Positions 32,089-39,609 of a stretch of DNA of 40,420 nucleotides are shown one piece after another. Position 1 is the stretch's first letter. Each line of letters starts with the position of its first letter. Position numbers and translations under genes: made by a program. The DNA is from Fibrobacteria bacterium GUT77 (GTDB taxonomy: Bacteria > Fibrobacterota > Chitinivibrionia > Chitinivibrionales > Chitinispirillaceae): positions 12,452-52,871 of the forward strand of contig LIUJ01000101.1 in NCBI GenBank assembly GCA_001462255.1. The letters are read 5' to 3'. Below the pieces are notes generated by a model. The model searched no databases. It worked only from the letters and a program-made list of their open reading frames with translations, and was not told the DNA's origin.

Positions 32089-33297
32089 TTATTCTATAAT
32101 AGTGGTAACAACACCCGAACCCACCGTTCTGCCGCCCTCGCGGATGGCGAAACGCATGGACTTCTCCATGGCTACGGGAGCTATGAGCTCTACCTCTATT
32201 TGAGCGTTGTCGCCCGGCATTATCATCTCCACACCCTCGGCCAACTTGATAGTACCGGTTACGTCGGTCGTACGGAAGTAGAACTGAGGCCTATAATTGC
32301 TGAAGAACGGGGTGTGACGCCCGCCCTCGTCCTTAGAGAGCACGACCACCTCCGCCTTAAACTTCTTGTGGGGCGTGATGGTACCGGGCTTGGCAAGGAC
32401 CATACCGCGCTCAATGTCGTTCTTGTCGACGCCGCGAAGCAACGTTCCGATGTTATCGCCGGCCTCGGCTTTGTCGAGAAGCTTGCGGAACATTTCCACG
32501 CCGGTAACAACCGATTTGCGGCTCTCACGCAAGCCTACAAGTTCGACCTCGTCGCCAACTTTGACGGCGCCGCGTTCCACTCGACCGGTAGCAACCGTAC
32601 CGCGGCCGGTAATTGAGAAGACGTCCTCCACCGACATAAGGAAGGGTTTGTCTACCTCGCGTTGCGGAGTGGGGACATAGGTGTCTACGGCATCCATGAG
32701 GTCGTAGATACATTTGGCCTTAACGGGATCTTCGGGGTTGGTAAGCGCCCCGATGGCACTACCGCGGATAATAGGCGTATCATCGCCGGGGAAGTCGTAC
32801 TTGTTGAGTAGCTCGCGAACCTCAAGCTCTACGAGTTCGAGGAGCTCGGGGTCGTCGACGACATCTACCTTATTAAGGAAGACGACAATGTACGGAACCC
32901 CTACCTGACGGGCGAGCAAGATATGCTCACGGGTTTGGGGCATGGGTCCGTCGGCGGCGCTGACGACGAGGATGGCCCCGTCCATTTGGGCGGCGCCCGT
33001 AATCATGTTTTTGACGTAGTCGGCGTGTCCCGGACAGTCGACGTGCGCGTAGTGGCGCTTCTCCGTAGAATACTCGACGTGCGACGTGGCGATAGTCAGG
33101 ATCTTCGTGTCGTCGCGCCGTCCCTGCGATTCGGAGGCTTTGGCGACTTCGTCGTAGGCGACGAACTTGGCGAGACCCTTGGTCGACATGACGCGCGTGA
33201 TGGCGGCCGTTAGGGTGGTCTTCCCGTGGTCAACGTGCCCGATAGTACCGACGTTTACGTGGGGTTTGCCACCGCGATCGAATTTTTCCTTTGACAT
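32089..33297 (-). CDS. tuf: Translation elongation factor Tu
   Basis: 402 aa; [34 protein letters not shown].., DCPGHADY and NKVD motifs. Confidence 0.98.
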   Translation of the reverse strand: MSKEKFDRGGKPHVNVGTIGHVDHGKTTLTAAITRVMSTKGLAKFVAYDEVAKASESQGRRDDTKILTIATSHVEYSTEKRHYAHVDCPGHADYVKNMITGAAQMDGAILVVSAADGPMPQTREHILLARQVGVPYIVVFLNKVDVVDDPELLELVELEVRELLNKYDFPGDDTPIIRGSAIGALTNPEDPVKAKCIYDLMDAVDTYVPTPQREVDKPFLMSVEDVFSITGRGTVATGRVERGAVKVGDEVELVGLRESRKSVVTGVEMFRKLLDKAEAGDNIGTLLRGVDKNDIERGMVLAKPGTITPHKKFKAEVVVLSKDEGGRHTPFFSNYRPQFYFRTTDVTGTIKLAEGVEMIMPGDNAQIEVELIAPVAMEKSMRFAIREGGRTVGSGVVTTIIE

Positions 33298-33351
33298 TGA
33301 AACCTCTCAGAATATGGTGAATATTTTTATTTTATTTTGTTACAAAAAAAA

Positions 33352-33425
33352 AGCCCACGACGGGGCTCGAACCCGTGAACCTCATCCTTACCAAGGATGT
33401 GCTCTACCAACTGAGCTACATGGGC
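33352..33425 (-). tRNA. tRNA-Thr (anticodon GGT)
   Basis: 74 nt: acceptor GCCCATG/CGTGGGC, anticodon arm CATCC-TTGGTAA-GGATG, T-loop TTCGAGC. Confidence 0.9.
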
Positions 33426-33440
33426 GGTTCCAGCCTAAAA

Positions 33441-33512
33441 AGCGGGCAATGCGACTCGAACGCACAACATCCACCTTGGAAGGGTGGAGCTCTACCATTG
33501 AGCTATGCCCGC
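33441..33512 (-). tRNA. tRNA-Gly (anticodon TCC)
   Basis: 72 nt: acceptor GCGGGCA/TGCCCGC, anticodon arm CCACC-CTTCCAA-GGTGG, T-loop TTCGAGT. Confidence 0.9.
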
Positions 33513-33525
33513 GAACCGATTTTTA

Positions 33526-33608
33526 TGGGCAGGGGTGGTTTCGAACCACCGTAGGCCGGAGCCAATGGATTTACAGTCCATCCCCTTTAACCACTCGGGC
33601 ACCTACCC
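33526..33608 (-). tRNA. tRNA-Tyr (anticodon GTA), long variable arm
   Basis: 83 nt: acceptor GGGTAGG/CCTGCCC, anticodon arm ATGGA-CTGTAAA-TCCAT, extra arm, T-arm GGTGG-TTCGAAA-CCACC. Confidence 0.9.
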
Positions 33609-33623
33609 TAAAAACTCTTCAAG

Positions 33624-33696
33624 AGCCGGTAGAGGGATTCAAACCCCCGACCGTTCGATTACAAGTCGAATGCTCTATCAACTGAGCTATACCGGC
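33624..33696 (-). tRNA. tRNA-Thr (anticodon TGT)
   Basis: 73 nt: acceptor GCCGGTA/TACCGGC, anticodon arm TTCGA-CTTGTAA-TCGAA, T-loop TTTGAAT. Confidence 0.9.
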
Positions 33697-33730
33697 GAAA
33701 AAGCGCTTTTTTAGACAAAGTTTGATTAAA

Positions 33731-33775
33731 ATAATATCTTGGTAAAGGTAAAGTCAAATTTTTTTTAAAAAAATT
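33731..33775 (-). promoter_or_regulatory. Candidate promoter of the tRNA-tuf transcription unit (A/T-tract UP region + TTGACT, -10 TATTAT or TATTTT)
   Basis: Minus strand reads AAATTTTTTTAAAAAAAATT-TGACT(33752-33757)-..-TATTAT(33731-36, 15-nt spacer) or TATTTT (18-nt spacer), about 35-55 nt upstream of the first tRNA. Confidence 0.4.
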
Positions 33776-33799
33776 TAACCGGCAAACGCAACTCGCCCC

Positions 33800-34384
33800 C
33801 TATGCCGTTACCTCGTCTACAATACCGTACTCTTTGGCCTCGGCGGCCGACATGAAGTAGTCTCGGTCGGTATCCTCCGTGATCTTTTGTAGCGTCTGGC
33901 CTGTGTGCGCGGCGAGTATCTTGTTTAGGTTTTCCCTGGTACGGAGCATTTCCTCAGCCTGAATCTGGATGTCGCTGGCCGGCCCGTACATATTGCCGGA
34001 GATGAGCGGCTGATGAATAAGCACCCGCGCGTGCTCCCAGGCAAATCGCTTGCCCTTAGCTCCCGCGCACAGAAGCACGGCGCCCATACTGGCGGCCTGC
34101 CCCATTACAACCGTAGATACGTCGCTCTTGGCGCGGCACATGGCGTCATAGATCGCGAGACCGGAGGAGATAACGCCTCCCGGACTATTTATATAGAGTG
34201 TAATGTCCCCGCTACCCGCCCCGTCAAGAAAGAGTATCTTTTTCACGATCTCCTCGGCGGACTCGTCGCAGACCTCGCCCCAAAGAAACACCTCGCGGCG
34301 GCTCAAAAACTGCTCCTCCATCTCGGCGCCCACTAAGGCCGCCCGCATGGATGACAAAAAATCGGGGTCTTTGGCTCTGCTCAT
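33800..34384 (-). CDS. clpP: ClpP-family serine protease subunit (orphan, divergent N-terminus)
   Basis: 194 aa; ..ITLYINSPGGVISSGLAIYDAM..GQAASMGAVLL..VLIHQPL..DTDRDYFMSAAEAKEYGIVDEV contains the Ser/His/Asp triad contexts of ClpP. No clpX or clpA is adjacent. Confidence 0.88.
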   Translation of the reverse strand: MSRAKDPDFLSSMRAALVGAEMEEQFLSRREVFLWGEVCDESAEEIVKKILFLDGAGSGDITLYINSPGGVISSGLAIYDAMCRAKSDVSTVVMGQAASMGAVLLCAGAKGKRFAWEHARVLIHQPLISGNMYGPASDIQIQAEEMLRTRENLNKILAAHTGQTLQKITEDTDRDYFMSAAEAKEYGIVDEVTA

Positions 34385-34443
34385 TTTTAGGTACCGTTTT
34401 GTCCCTTATTACCTATTAATAACATATCGTTACATAGCCGGTC

Positions 34444-34472
34444 TCTATAATAATTAACCGTTTATGTTTCAA
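34444..34472 (-). promoter_or_regulatory. Candidate clpP promoter P1 (TTGAAA-N17-TATAGA)
   Basis: -35 at 34467-34472, -10 at 34444-34449; predicted leader about 50 nt. Confidence 0.35.
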
Positions 34473-34526
34473 TTACGCGGCGGGCTACCCCCCCAAATCG
34501 TTCCGTAATTTTAAGACGGAATTAAG

Positions 34527-34587
34527 AATATAATATTTGGGATTGCGGCGGCGCAATAGATTTTTTTTATTTTTTTTATTTTTTTAC
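34527..34587 (-). promoter_or_regulatory. Candidate upstream promoter P2 with A-tract UP region (TTGCGC-N18-TATATT)
   Basis: Minus strand reads GTAAAAAAATAAAAAAAATAAAAAAAATCTA-TTGCGC(34551-56)-18 nt-TATATT(34527-32). Same architecture as the rpsL promoter candidate. Confidence 0.3.
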
Positions 34588-34616
34588 GGTCAAGGCATCA
34601 TTATACTTTTTTACCG

Positions 34617-35516
34617 CTATATTTCATTAACAGTCATAGAATAAGCCTCCGACCCCCTATACTCCGCCAAAAAATCCGCCCGTAACCGCTCCATATCGCT
34701 CTCATCCACCGGAATATCCGCGCTGTCGAAGATTTGCCACAAGCGCTCGTCGTACTTTGGGCAAACTTTTCTGCCGGAATCGCCTATCTTCGTTATGTGG
34801 CATAACTTGTCGGCCACCGTCACCGTGGCCACGAAGGCGGGCTCGACCTTGGCCTCCCACGGGGCGTGGTGGTATTTTACTGCGTCGCAAATAATGGGCG
34901 GAAGGTTCCAGTTTTCGGCCAGCCACGCGCCCACGTACCCGTGCCCCACGCCGAGTATCTCGCTCTCCGCCCTATCCAAATCGTAGTCTTCGGTCTGCGC
35001 CGTTTTTAAAACTTCGACCAACTCCGCGCCGAAGTAGCGGTTAAGCATCATCTTCCCCATGTCGTGCAGGAGACCGGCCACGAATGCCTCGCCGGCATAG
35101 CGCGAGGCGTAGCTTTTGGAGAGCATGCGGGCGGCCACCCCGCAGGCGGCGCTATGCTCCCAAAATTTCACGGGGTCAATACCCGTCGCCGCCGGGCCTG
35201 CGCCCTTGAACGTATCAAACACGGAGAGCCACAAACCCATATCCTTCACCGCGCCGAATCCCATCACCGCGATGGCCATGTTGACGGTGGAGATCTCCCG
35301 CTGGTACCCGTAGTAGGAGGCGTTCGCCCGCTTCAACAGGCGCGCCGTCAGCGCCGCGTCGGTGGAAATGAGGCGCGCCAGCGTGTCGGCGGAGGTGTTT
35401 CGATCGTCTATCATACCAATCATCTTGGAAACCACGGTAGGCAACGTGGGCAAGTCGCCTACACCCTGGGCCACCTTCTTTATGCGCTCCGTGTCGATTC
35501 TTCTTGATTCGTTCAT
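34617..35516 (-). CDS. HDOD-domain signal-transduction protein
   Basis: 299 aa; ..LPTLPTVVSKMIGMIDDRNTSADTLARLISTDAALTARLLKRANASYYG.. and ..AGLLHDMGKMML.. are the hallmarks of the HDOD (HD-related output) domain. Confidence 0.82.
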   Translation of the reverse strand: MNESRRIDTERIKKVAQGVGDLPTLPTVVSKMIGMIDDRNTSADTLARLISTDAALTARLLKRANASYYGYQREISTVNMAIAVMGFGAVKDMGLWLSVFDTFKGAGPAATGIDPVKFWEHSAACGVAARMLSKSYASRYAGEAFVAGLLHDMGKMMLNRYFGAELVEVLKTAQTEDYDLDRAESEILGVGHGYVGAWLAENWNLPPIICDAVKYHHAPWEAKVEPAFVATVTVADKLCHITKIGDSGRKVCPKYDERLWQIFDSADIPVDESDMERLRADFLAEYRGSEAYSMTVNEI

Positions 35517-35522
35517 ATTGTC

Positions 35523-35549
35523 ATTATCGTCGCGATTTTATTTGTAATT
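35523..35549 (-). promoter_or_regulatory. Weak sigma28 (FliA)-like promoter candidate abutting the HDOD start codon
   Basis: Minus strand TAAT(35546-49)-N15-GACGATAA(35523-30), compared with the enterobacterial consensus TAAA-N15-GCCGATAA. Only 6 nt separate the -10 from the ATG, and no SD is present. Confidence 0.2.
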
Positions 35550-35613
35550 ACGGTAGGGAATGAAATTTTTCAGCCCCTACTACATTAAATACCGATGTGA
35601 TTGTTTTTTATCA

Positions 35614-35655
35614 AGACAGTTTCAAATTTTGTGTAAACCGATTTTGAAACTGTCT
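35614..35655. repeat. Perfect 13-bp inverted repeat AGACAGTTTCAAA-N16-TTTGAAACTGTCT
   Basis: Read directly. Lies between orf111 (stop at 35667) and the HDOD gene. A T-run follows on the plus strand only. Its first 25 nt recur at 39610-39634 in the opposite orientation. Confidence 0.85.
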
Positions 35656-35666
35656 CTTTTTATCGT

Positions 35667-36002
35667 TTACGCCTCTAAATCTATTAATCGACCGTTGTCA
35701 AGCATTCTGACGGCGACATCCGCCTCTACGTCCACTGTCTCCGCAACACCGTCGTCCTCGTCGGGCAATCCGTTTTTTCTCTTCCTTGACCGCCGCTTCT
35801 CCTCCTTGTGATCCTTGGGGTCGACCGTTTTGCCGTCCGTAGCCTCCGCCTCGTTGGCCGTCCGTAGGTGTATGTCCAAGTGGTCGCGGTTCAAGTCGGC
35901 GTTTTGGGCCTGGTGCGCCATAGGCACGCGGTGAGCGTCGGCTTGGTGCGTGGCGGCTTGCGGGAGGTTTACTACGGGAATGTTGACGTTTACGCTGTTC
36001 AT
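35667..36002 (-). CDS. Hypothetical 111-aa protein, low-complexity His/Gln/Asp/Lys-rich, immediately downstream of fliA
   Basis: ATG 11 nt after the fliA stop, with an AAGGA SD 8 nt upstream. No family recognised. The alternative-frame ORF 35698-36024 is Arg/Gly-rich and lacks an SD. Confidence 0.55.
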   Translation of the reverse strand: MNSVNVNIPVVNLPQAATHQADAHRVPMAHQAQNADLNRDHLDIHLRTANEAEATDGKTVDPKDHKEEKRRSRKRKNGLPDEDDGVAETVDVEADVAVRMLDNGRLIDLEA

Positions 36003-36013
36003 CGTCGATATCC

Positions 36014-36784
36014 TTATTCATCATCCATGAACTTTTGAAGCAATCGAGCCCTTAGTTTCATCATGGCTTTTGAGTGTATTTGGCTCACACGGCTTTCCGT
36101 CAGGTTAAGTACCACGCCTATCTCTTTTAAGGTCAGCTCCTCGTAGTGGTATAAGGCCACCACCACGCGCTCGCTTTCCGGCAGACCCACTATCGCGTCT
36201 TTTAGAATCTCTTTAAGCTCGTCGACCCCCATTTCTTTTAGGGGATTCGCGCTTTCGACGTCCTCCACTTGGTCGATCATTCGCACTTCTTTCGCGTCGG
36301 AGAAGGCGTCGCTCGTCGTTTCATCCAAGGAGACTATGGTGGCGGGCGTTACCTCCGCGAGTATCTGCTCGTACTCCTCCATGGACACGCCGAGTTCGTC
36401 GCAGACCTCGTCGTCGTAGGGGGCGCGGCCTAAGGCGTTTTCCATACGCGTGAACGTCCGCTGGAGATCTCGCGCCTTCTGCCTCACGGAGCGCGGCACC
36501 CAATCGAGCGCCCGCAACTCGTCGAGAATGGCCCCGCGTATCTTGTGGCCGGCGTAGGTCTCGAACTTAAAGCCGCGTTCCGGCTCAAAGGTATCCACCG
36601 CCTTTATAAGGCCAAGTATCCCGGCGCCGTACAAATCGTCGCGATCAACGGACGGCGGCAGGTTTATGGCAAGCCGTTGGGTGGTATACTTTACCAAGTG
36701 GGAATACTCCACAAGCAGCTTGTCCTTAGCCGCTTGGGATCCGGTTTCTTTAAACTCGCGCCATAAATTTTCCAGTTCCAGCAT
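36014..36784 (-). CDS. fliA: Flagellar RNA polymerase sigma factor sigma-28 (FliA/WhiG family)
   Basis: 256 aa; region 2 ..DLYGAGILGLIKAVDTFEPERGFKFETYAGHKIRGAILDELR.. and region 4 ..EELTLKEIGVVLNLTESRVSQIHSKAM.. . Lies downstream of flhF/flhG. Confidence 0.9.
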   Translation of the reverse strand: MLELENLWREFKETGSQAAKDKLLVEYSHLVKYTTQRLAINLPPSVDRDDLYGAGILGLIKAVDTFEPERGFKFETYAGHKIRGAILDELRALDWVPRSVRQKARDLQRTFTRMENALGRAPYDDEVCDELGVSMEEYEQILAEVTPATIVSLDETTSDAFSDAKEVRMIDQVEDVESANPLKEMGVDELKEILKDAIVGLPESERVVVALYHYEELTLKEIGVVLNLTESRVSQIHSKAMMKLRARLLQKFMDDE

Positions 36785-36818
36785 CCTTGCTCCTGAAAGT
36801 CAAAATCAAAAAAAATTA

Positions 36819-37271
36819 TCAATCCTCGTGCTTCTTTATCCTCGCCGACTTCGTCTTTACAATAGTATCGTTTCTTGGGTCTATTTGTATGATATTCCCG
36901 TCCATATCATAGTTTAGCCGTTGTTGGTACAGGTATATGCGCTGTAATATGCCGCCGTCTATCAGGTGGGTTTGGTCTACGGGGATGTCCGTTACCAAAC
37001 CTTTTAGGAATATATTGCCTATGATAAGGCCGGCTATCCAAAACAACAGGGCGGCGCAAAAGCCTTTTATCGCGGCTATCATTATCATCTTGGTATCCGA
37101 GTAGTCGTCATAGTCGTAGCTTAGCAAAAACATTACAATAAAAGCACAGGCGCCCAAGAAGAAGGCGGAGCGCTTCGTCCACAGCACCATTGCTGCGGCC
37201 TTGTCGGGCAGTTCGTCCTCTTCCTCTTCGTCGTCGTCGTCGTCGTCGTCGTCTTCGTCGTCATACGTCAT
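36819..37271 (-). CDS. Hypothetical 150-aa membrane protein: poly-Asp/Glu N-terminus, two predicted TM helices, about 60-aa C-terminal domain
   Basis: Its ATG overlaps the flhG stop (ATGA). The N-terminus is MTYDDEDDDDDDDDEEEEDELPD. Hydrophobic segments AFFLGACAFIVMFLL and FCAALLFWIAGLIIGNIFL. No family recognised. Confidence 0.65.
   Translation of the reverse strand: MTYDDEDDDDDDDDEEEEDELPDKAAAMVLWTKRSAFFLGACAFIVMFLLSYDYDDYSDTKMIMIAAIKGFCAALLFWIAGLIIGNIFLKGLVTDIPVDQTHLIDGGILQRIYLYQQRLNYDMDGNIIQIDPRNDTIVKTKSARIKKHED
37230..37253 (-). repeat. Trinucleotide microsatellite (GAC)8 encoding Asp8 within orf150
   Basis: Plus strand is gtc x8, followed by ttc gtc gtc. Confidence 0.9.
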
Positions 37272-38146
37272 GACGTACCTCCAAAGAATTTGCTGAAGAA
37301 TCCGCCGCGCGCCGCGGTCTGCGACTGGTGGCCGCCCAACCGCTTGGCGAGCGCGGCTACCGTTTTATAGAAGTTTACACCCTCGCCGCCGGCCAAATGC
37401 AACTGCTTGCGGCCAAGGCGCAACACCTCGCGCTCATTAATTAATATAGCATATAACCGGATAGGTTTCTTCAAAAATTTTTCAACCATCATCCGCAACA
37501 TTTCAAACGCCTCGCGCCCCTCCCCCTCGTTGCCCGCCATATTGACCACAACGGCCACGTTTGTGTTGCCCTTTTCGTAGAGCACTTTCACCATAGCGTA
37601 GGCGTCGGCCATGGAAGACGGGTCGGGGGTCATAACCAAAAGTACCAAGTCGGCGTGACGCGCGAAACCCGTTACTGTGTTGCCGATGCCGGCTCCGGTG
37701 TCCATTATCAAAAAGTCGTAATTTTCCTCAAGCCCCATAAAATCGTTGCGCAATCGCTCAAAACGCCCCATATCTATATTCGACAACTGCTCAAATCCCG
37801 AAGCTCCCGGCGCCAAAAACATATTAGGCGCAGCCTCCACCACTATGTCGCCTATAGCGCACTTCCCCGCAACGACGTGCGCTATATTGAACCGCGGCGC
37901 GATACCGAGCAGTATCTGTATGTTGGCCAAACCGAGATCGACGTCCATCAACAATACCCGCTTGTCCAATTTGGCCAAACTCGCCCCAAGCACGAGCGAC
38001 AACGTAGTCTTCCCCACACCGCCCTTGCCGCTCGTTACGGCGATGCTCTTGCACCTGCCCTGACGACGCGCCGAAGAGACCGACGCCGACGCGCCCGCCC
38101 CCCTCTCGCGAACCATCTCCCGCAACCTCTCCGCCTGATCGCTCAC
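37268..38146 (-). CDS. flhG: Flagellar number/placement regulator FlhG (MinD/ParA-type ATPase; YlxH/FleN)
   Basis: Deviant Walker A ..IAVTSGKGGVGKTT.. and a C-terminal amphipathic tail ..GGFFSKFFGGTS. The GTG at 38146 overlaps the flhF stop (GTGA) and follows a GGAGGGG SD. The ORF-track start is 38170. Confidence 0.88.
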   Translation of the reverse strand: MSDQAERLREMVRERGAGASASVSSARRQGRCKSIAVTSGKGGVGKTTLSLVLGASLAKLDKRVLLMDVDLGLANIQILLGIAPRFNIAHVVAGKCAIGDIVVEAAPNMFLAPGASGFEQLSNIDMGRFERLRNDFMGLEENYDFLIMDTGAGIGNTVTGFARHADLVLLVMTPDPSSMADAYAMVKVLYEKGNTNVAVVVNMAGNEGEGREAFEMLRMMVEKFLKKPIRLYAILINEREVLRLGRKQLHLAGGEGVNFYKTVAALAKRLGGHQSQTAARGGFFSKFFGGTS

Positions 38147-39558
38147 CTCGCACGCCCCTCCATAAGCCACTTGACGAAATTACCGGCCTGCGCAAGCACT
38201 ATATCGTCCGGCACGCTCTGCCCCACCGTAAAATAAGATACCGGTATCCCCAAATCGCTCACGACGTTGAAGATATTGCCAAGCCGCGTCGTTTCGTCCA
38301 ACTTCGTAAAGAGCAACCTGTTAACCTTTATATTTCGGTAACGGTGCACCATGTCGAGCAAATCGGAATCCTTTGTAGTGGCGCTCAAAACAAGGTGCGT
38401 CTCGTCCGGACGCAAAACGTCTATAAGCAACCGCAACTCCTCCATGTGCTCCTTGTCCCGCTGGCTCCTCCCGGCGTTGTCAACGAATATAACGTCGCTG
38501 TCCTCGCACTCGGCAAGCGCCCCCGGCACCTCGTCCGGCGAAAACACAATCTGCAATCCCACGTTCACTATATCCGCAAAGGCGCGTATCTGCTCAATGG
38601 CCGCTATCCTATACGTATCTGCGGTGATGATCGACACCTTCTTGCTCTTATTCATGCAACAGTACGCGGCCAGCTTCGCGAGTGTGGTAGTCTTGCCCGA
38701 CCCGGTAGGCCCCACAAACGCCACTACCAGCGGGCTGTCCTTCTTAAGTTTGAGCGGCCCCGAAACGGGGAACTGCTCACTAAGCGCGTTTATGAGCTTT
38801 TCCTCCAGTTCCGCGTCCGTTATCTGCAACCCGCCGCGTATGGAATTGACCAACTTTCCGGCAATCTCCGGCTTGACCTCCGCGTCGGTCAGCCTCTTAA
38901 CAAACGCGTTCCACTCCATATCGCCCGCGGTTGTAACGCCGGTCTCATCCCTCTGTGCGCTCAAAATACGCGGCGACGCGGAGGTTAGCACGCTTTTTAC
39001 AAGATCCTTAAGCTCGCGGACATCGGCCTTAAGGTCGGCGATCTCGTCGGGTGTACGCTTGCCGACGTTCGAGAAGCGGTTAGGCGGCGATTGCGGCTGG
39101 GCTCCCTGACCGGACTGGGCAAACTGCGGCTCCGGCGGTCTGGCAGGTTGCCGCGGCGGGAAGTACGGGCGCACGTTCTGCGGTAGCGTAAGCGGCTCCG
39201 CCTGCTCCTGCGACATTGACGACATCTGTTGCATCGGTTGGATCGGGTCGGCGGCGAGCGGCGACTGTGTCCGCGGACGCCCGTAGAGGCCCGGGTCGCC
39301 GGGCATCGCGCCGCCGCCGTCGCCTAAGCGCAACGGGGCGAAATCAGGCGGGCGCTTACCGCCGAGCCCAAGCGCCTGCGCGTCGTCGTCTTCCACACCG
39401 GCCGTCACCTCAATCTCTTCGGACCCCGAACCCAAACCGAACAGACCGCCCTTCTGCAACTTAGTGGTCTTGAGGATCATAGCGTCCTCCCCAAGCTCCG
39501 CCTTGATCTGCAGAAGCGCCTCTTTCATGCTCTTCGCCGTGTACTTTTTTATGCGCAT
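38143..39558 (-). CDS. flhF: Flagellar biosynthesis SRP-type GTPase FlhF
   Basis: MRIKKYTAKSMKEALLQIKAELGEDAMIL.. is the typical FlhF N-terminus. G1 is GPTGSGKTTT, G3 reads DNAGR (usually DTAGR) and G4 is TKLDET. The ATG at 39558 is preferred over the ORF-track GTG at 39564. Confidence 0.9.
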   Translation of the reverse strand: MRIKKYTAKSMKEALLQIKAELGEDAMILKTTKLQKGGLFGLGSGSEEIEVTAGVEDDDAQALGLGGKRPPDFAPLRLGDGGGAMPGDPGLYGRPRTQSPLAADPIQPMQQMSSMSQEQAEPLTLPQNVRPYFPPRQPARPPEPQFAQSGQGAQPQSPPNRFSNVGKRTPDEIADLKADVRELKDLVKSVLTSASPRILSAQRDETGVTTAGDMEWNAFVKRLTDAEVKPEIAGKLVNSIRGGLQITDAELEEKLINALSEQFPVSGPLKLKKDSPLVVAFVGPTGSGKTTTLAKLAAYCCMNKSKKVSIITADTYRIAAIEQIRAFADIVNVGLQIVFSPDEVPGALAECEDSDVIFVDNAGRSQRDKEHMEELRLLIDVLRPDETHLVLSATTKDSDLLDMVHRYRNIKVNRLLFTKLDETTRLGNIFNVVSDLGIPVSYFTVGQSVPDDIVLAQAGNFVKWLMEGRAR

Positions 39559-39609
39559 TAACACTAACCTTTTTATTTAAAGTCAAATTATCCGTCTAAC
39601 AAAAACCAA

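Noticed and set aside
34542-34587. Hairpin ATTGCG-GCGG-CGCAAT followed by T8-A-T8-A-T7 on the plus strand, resembling an intrinsic terminator
   Set aside because: There is no plus-strand gene anywhere upstream to terminate. On the transcribed minus strand the T-tract is an upstream A-tract, so it is interpreted as part of a promoter/UP region.
35614-35661. The 13-bp palindrome plus CTTTTT as a plus-strand rho-independent terminator
   Set aside because: No plus-strand transcription unit is evident. In the minus-strand direction it lacks a U-tract, so a terminator role for the fliA operon is possible but not supported. It is reported as a repeat or possible operator instead.
35698-36024. 108-aa alternative-frame ORF overlapping orf111 and the fliA stop
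   Set aside because: Extremely Arg/Gly/Pro-rich, starts inside fliA and lacks an SD. The 35667-36002 frame has a proper SD. The frame choice is still flagged as needing confirmation.
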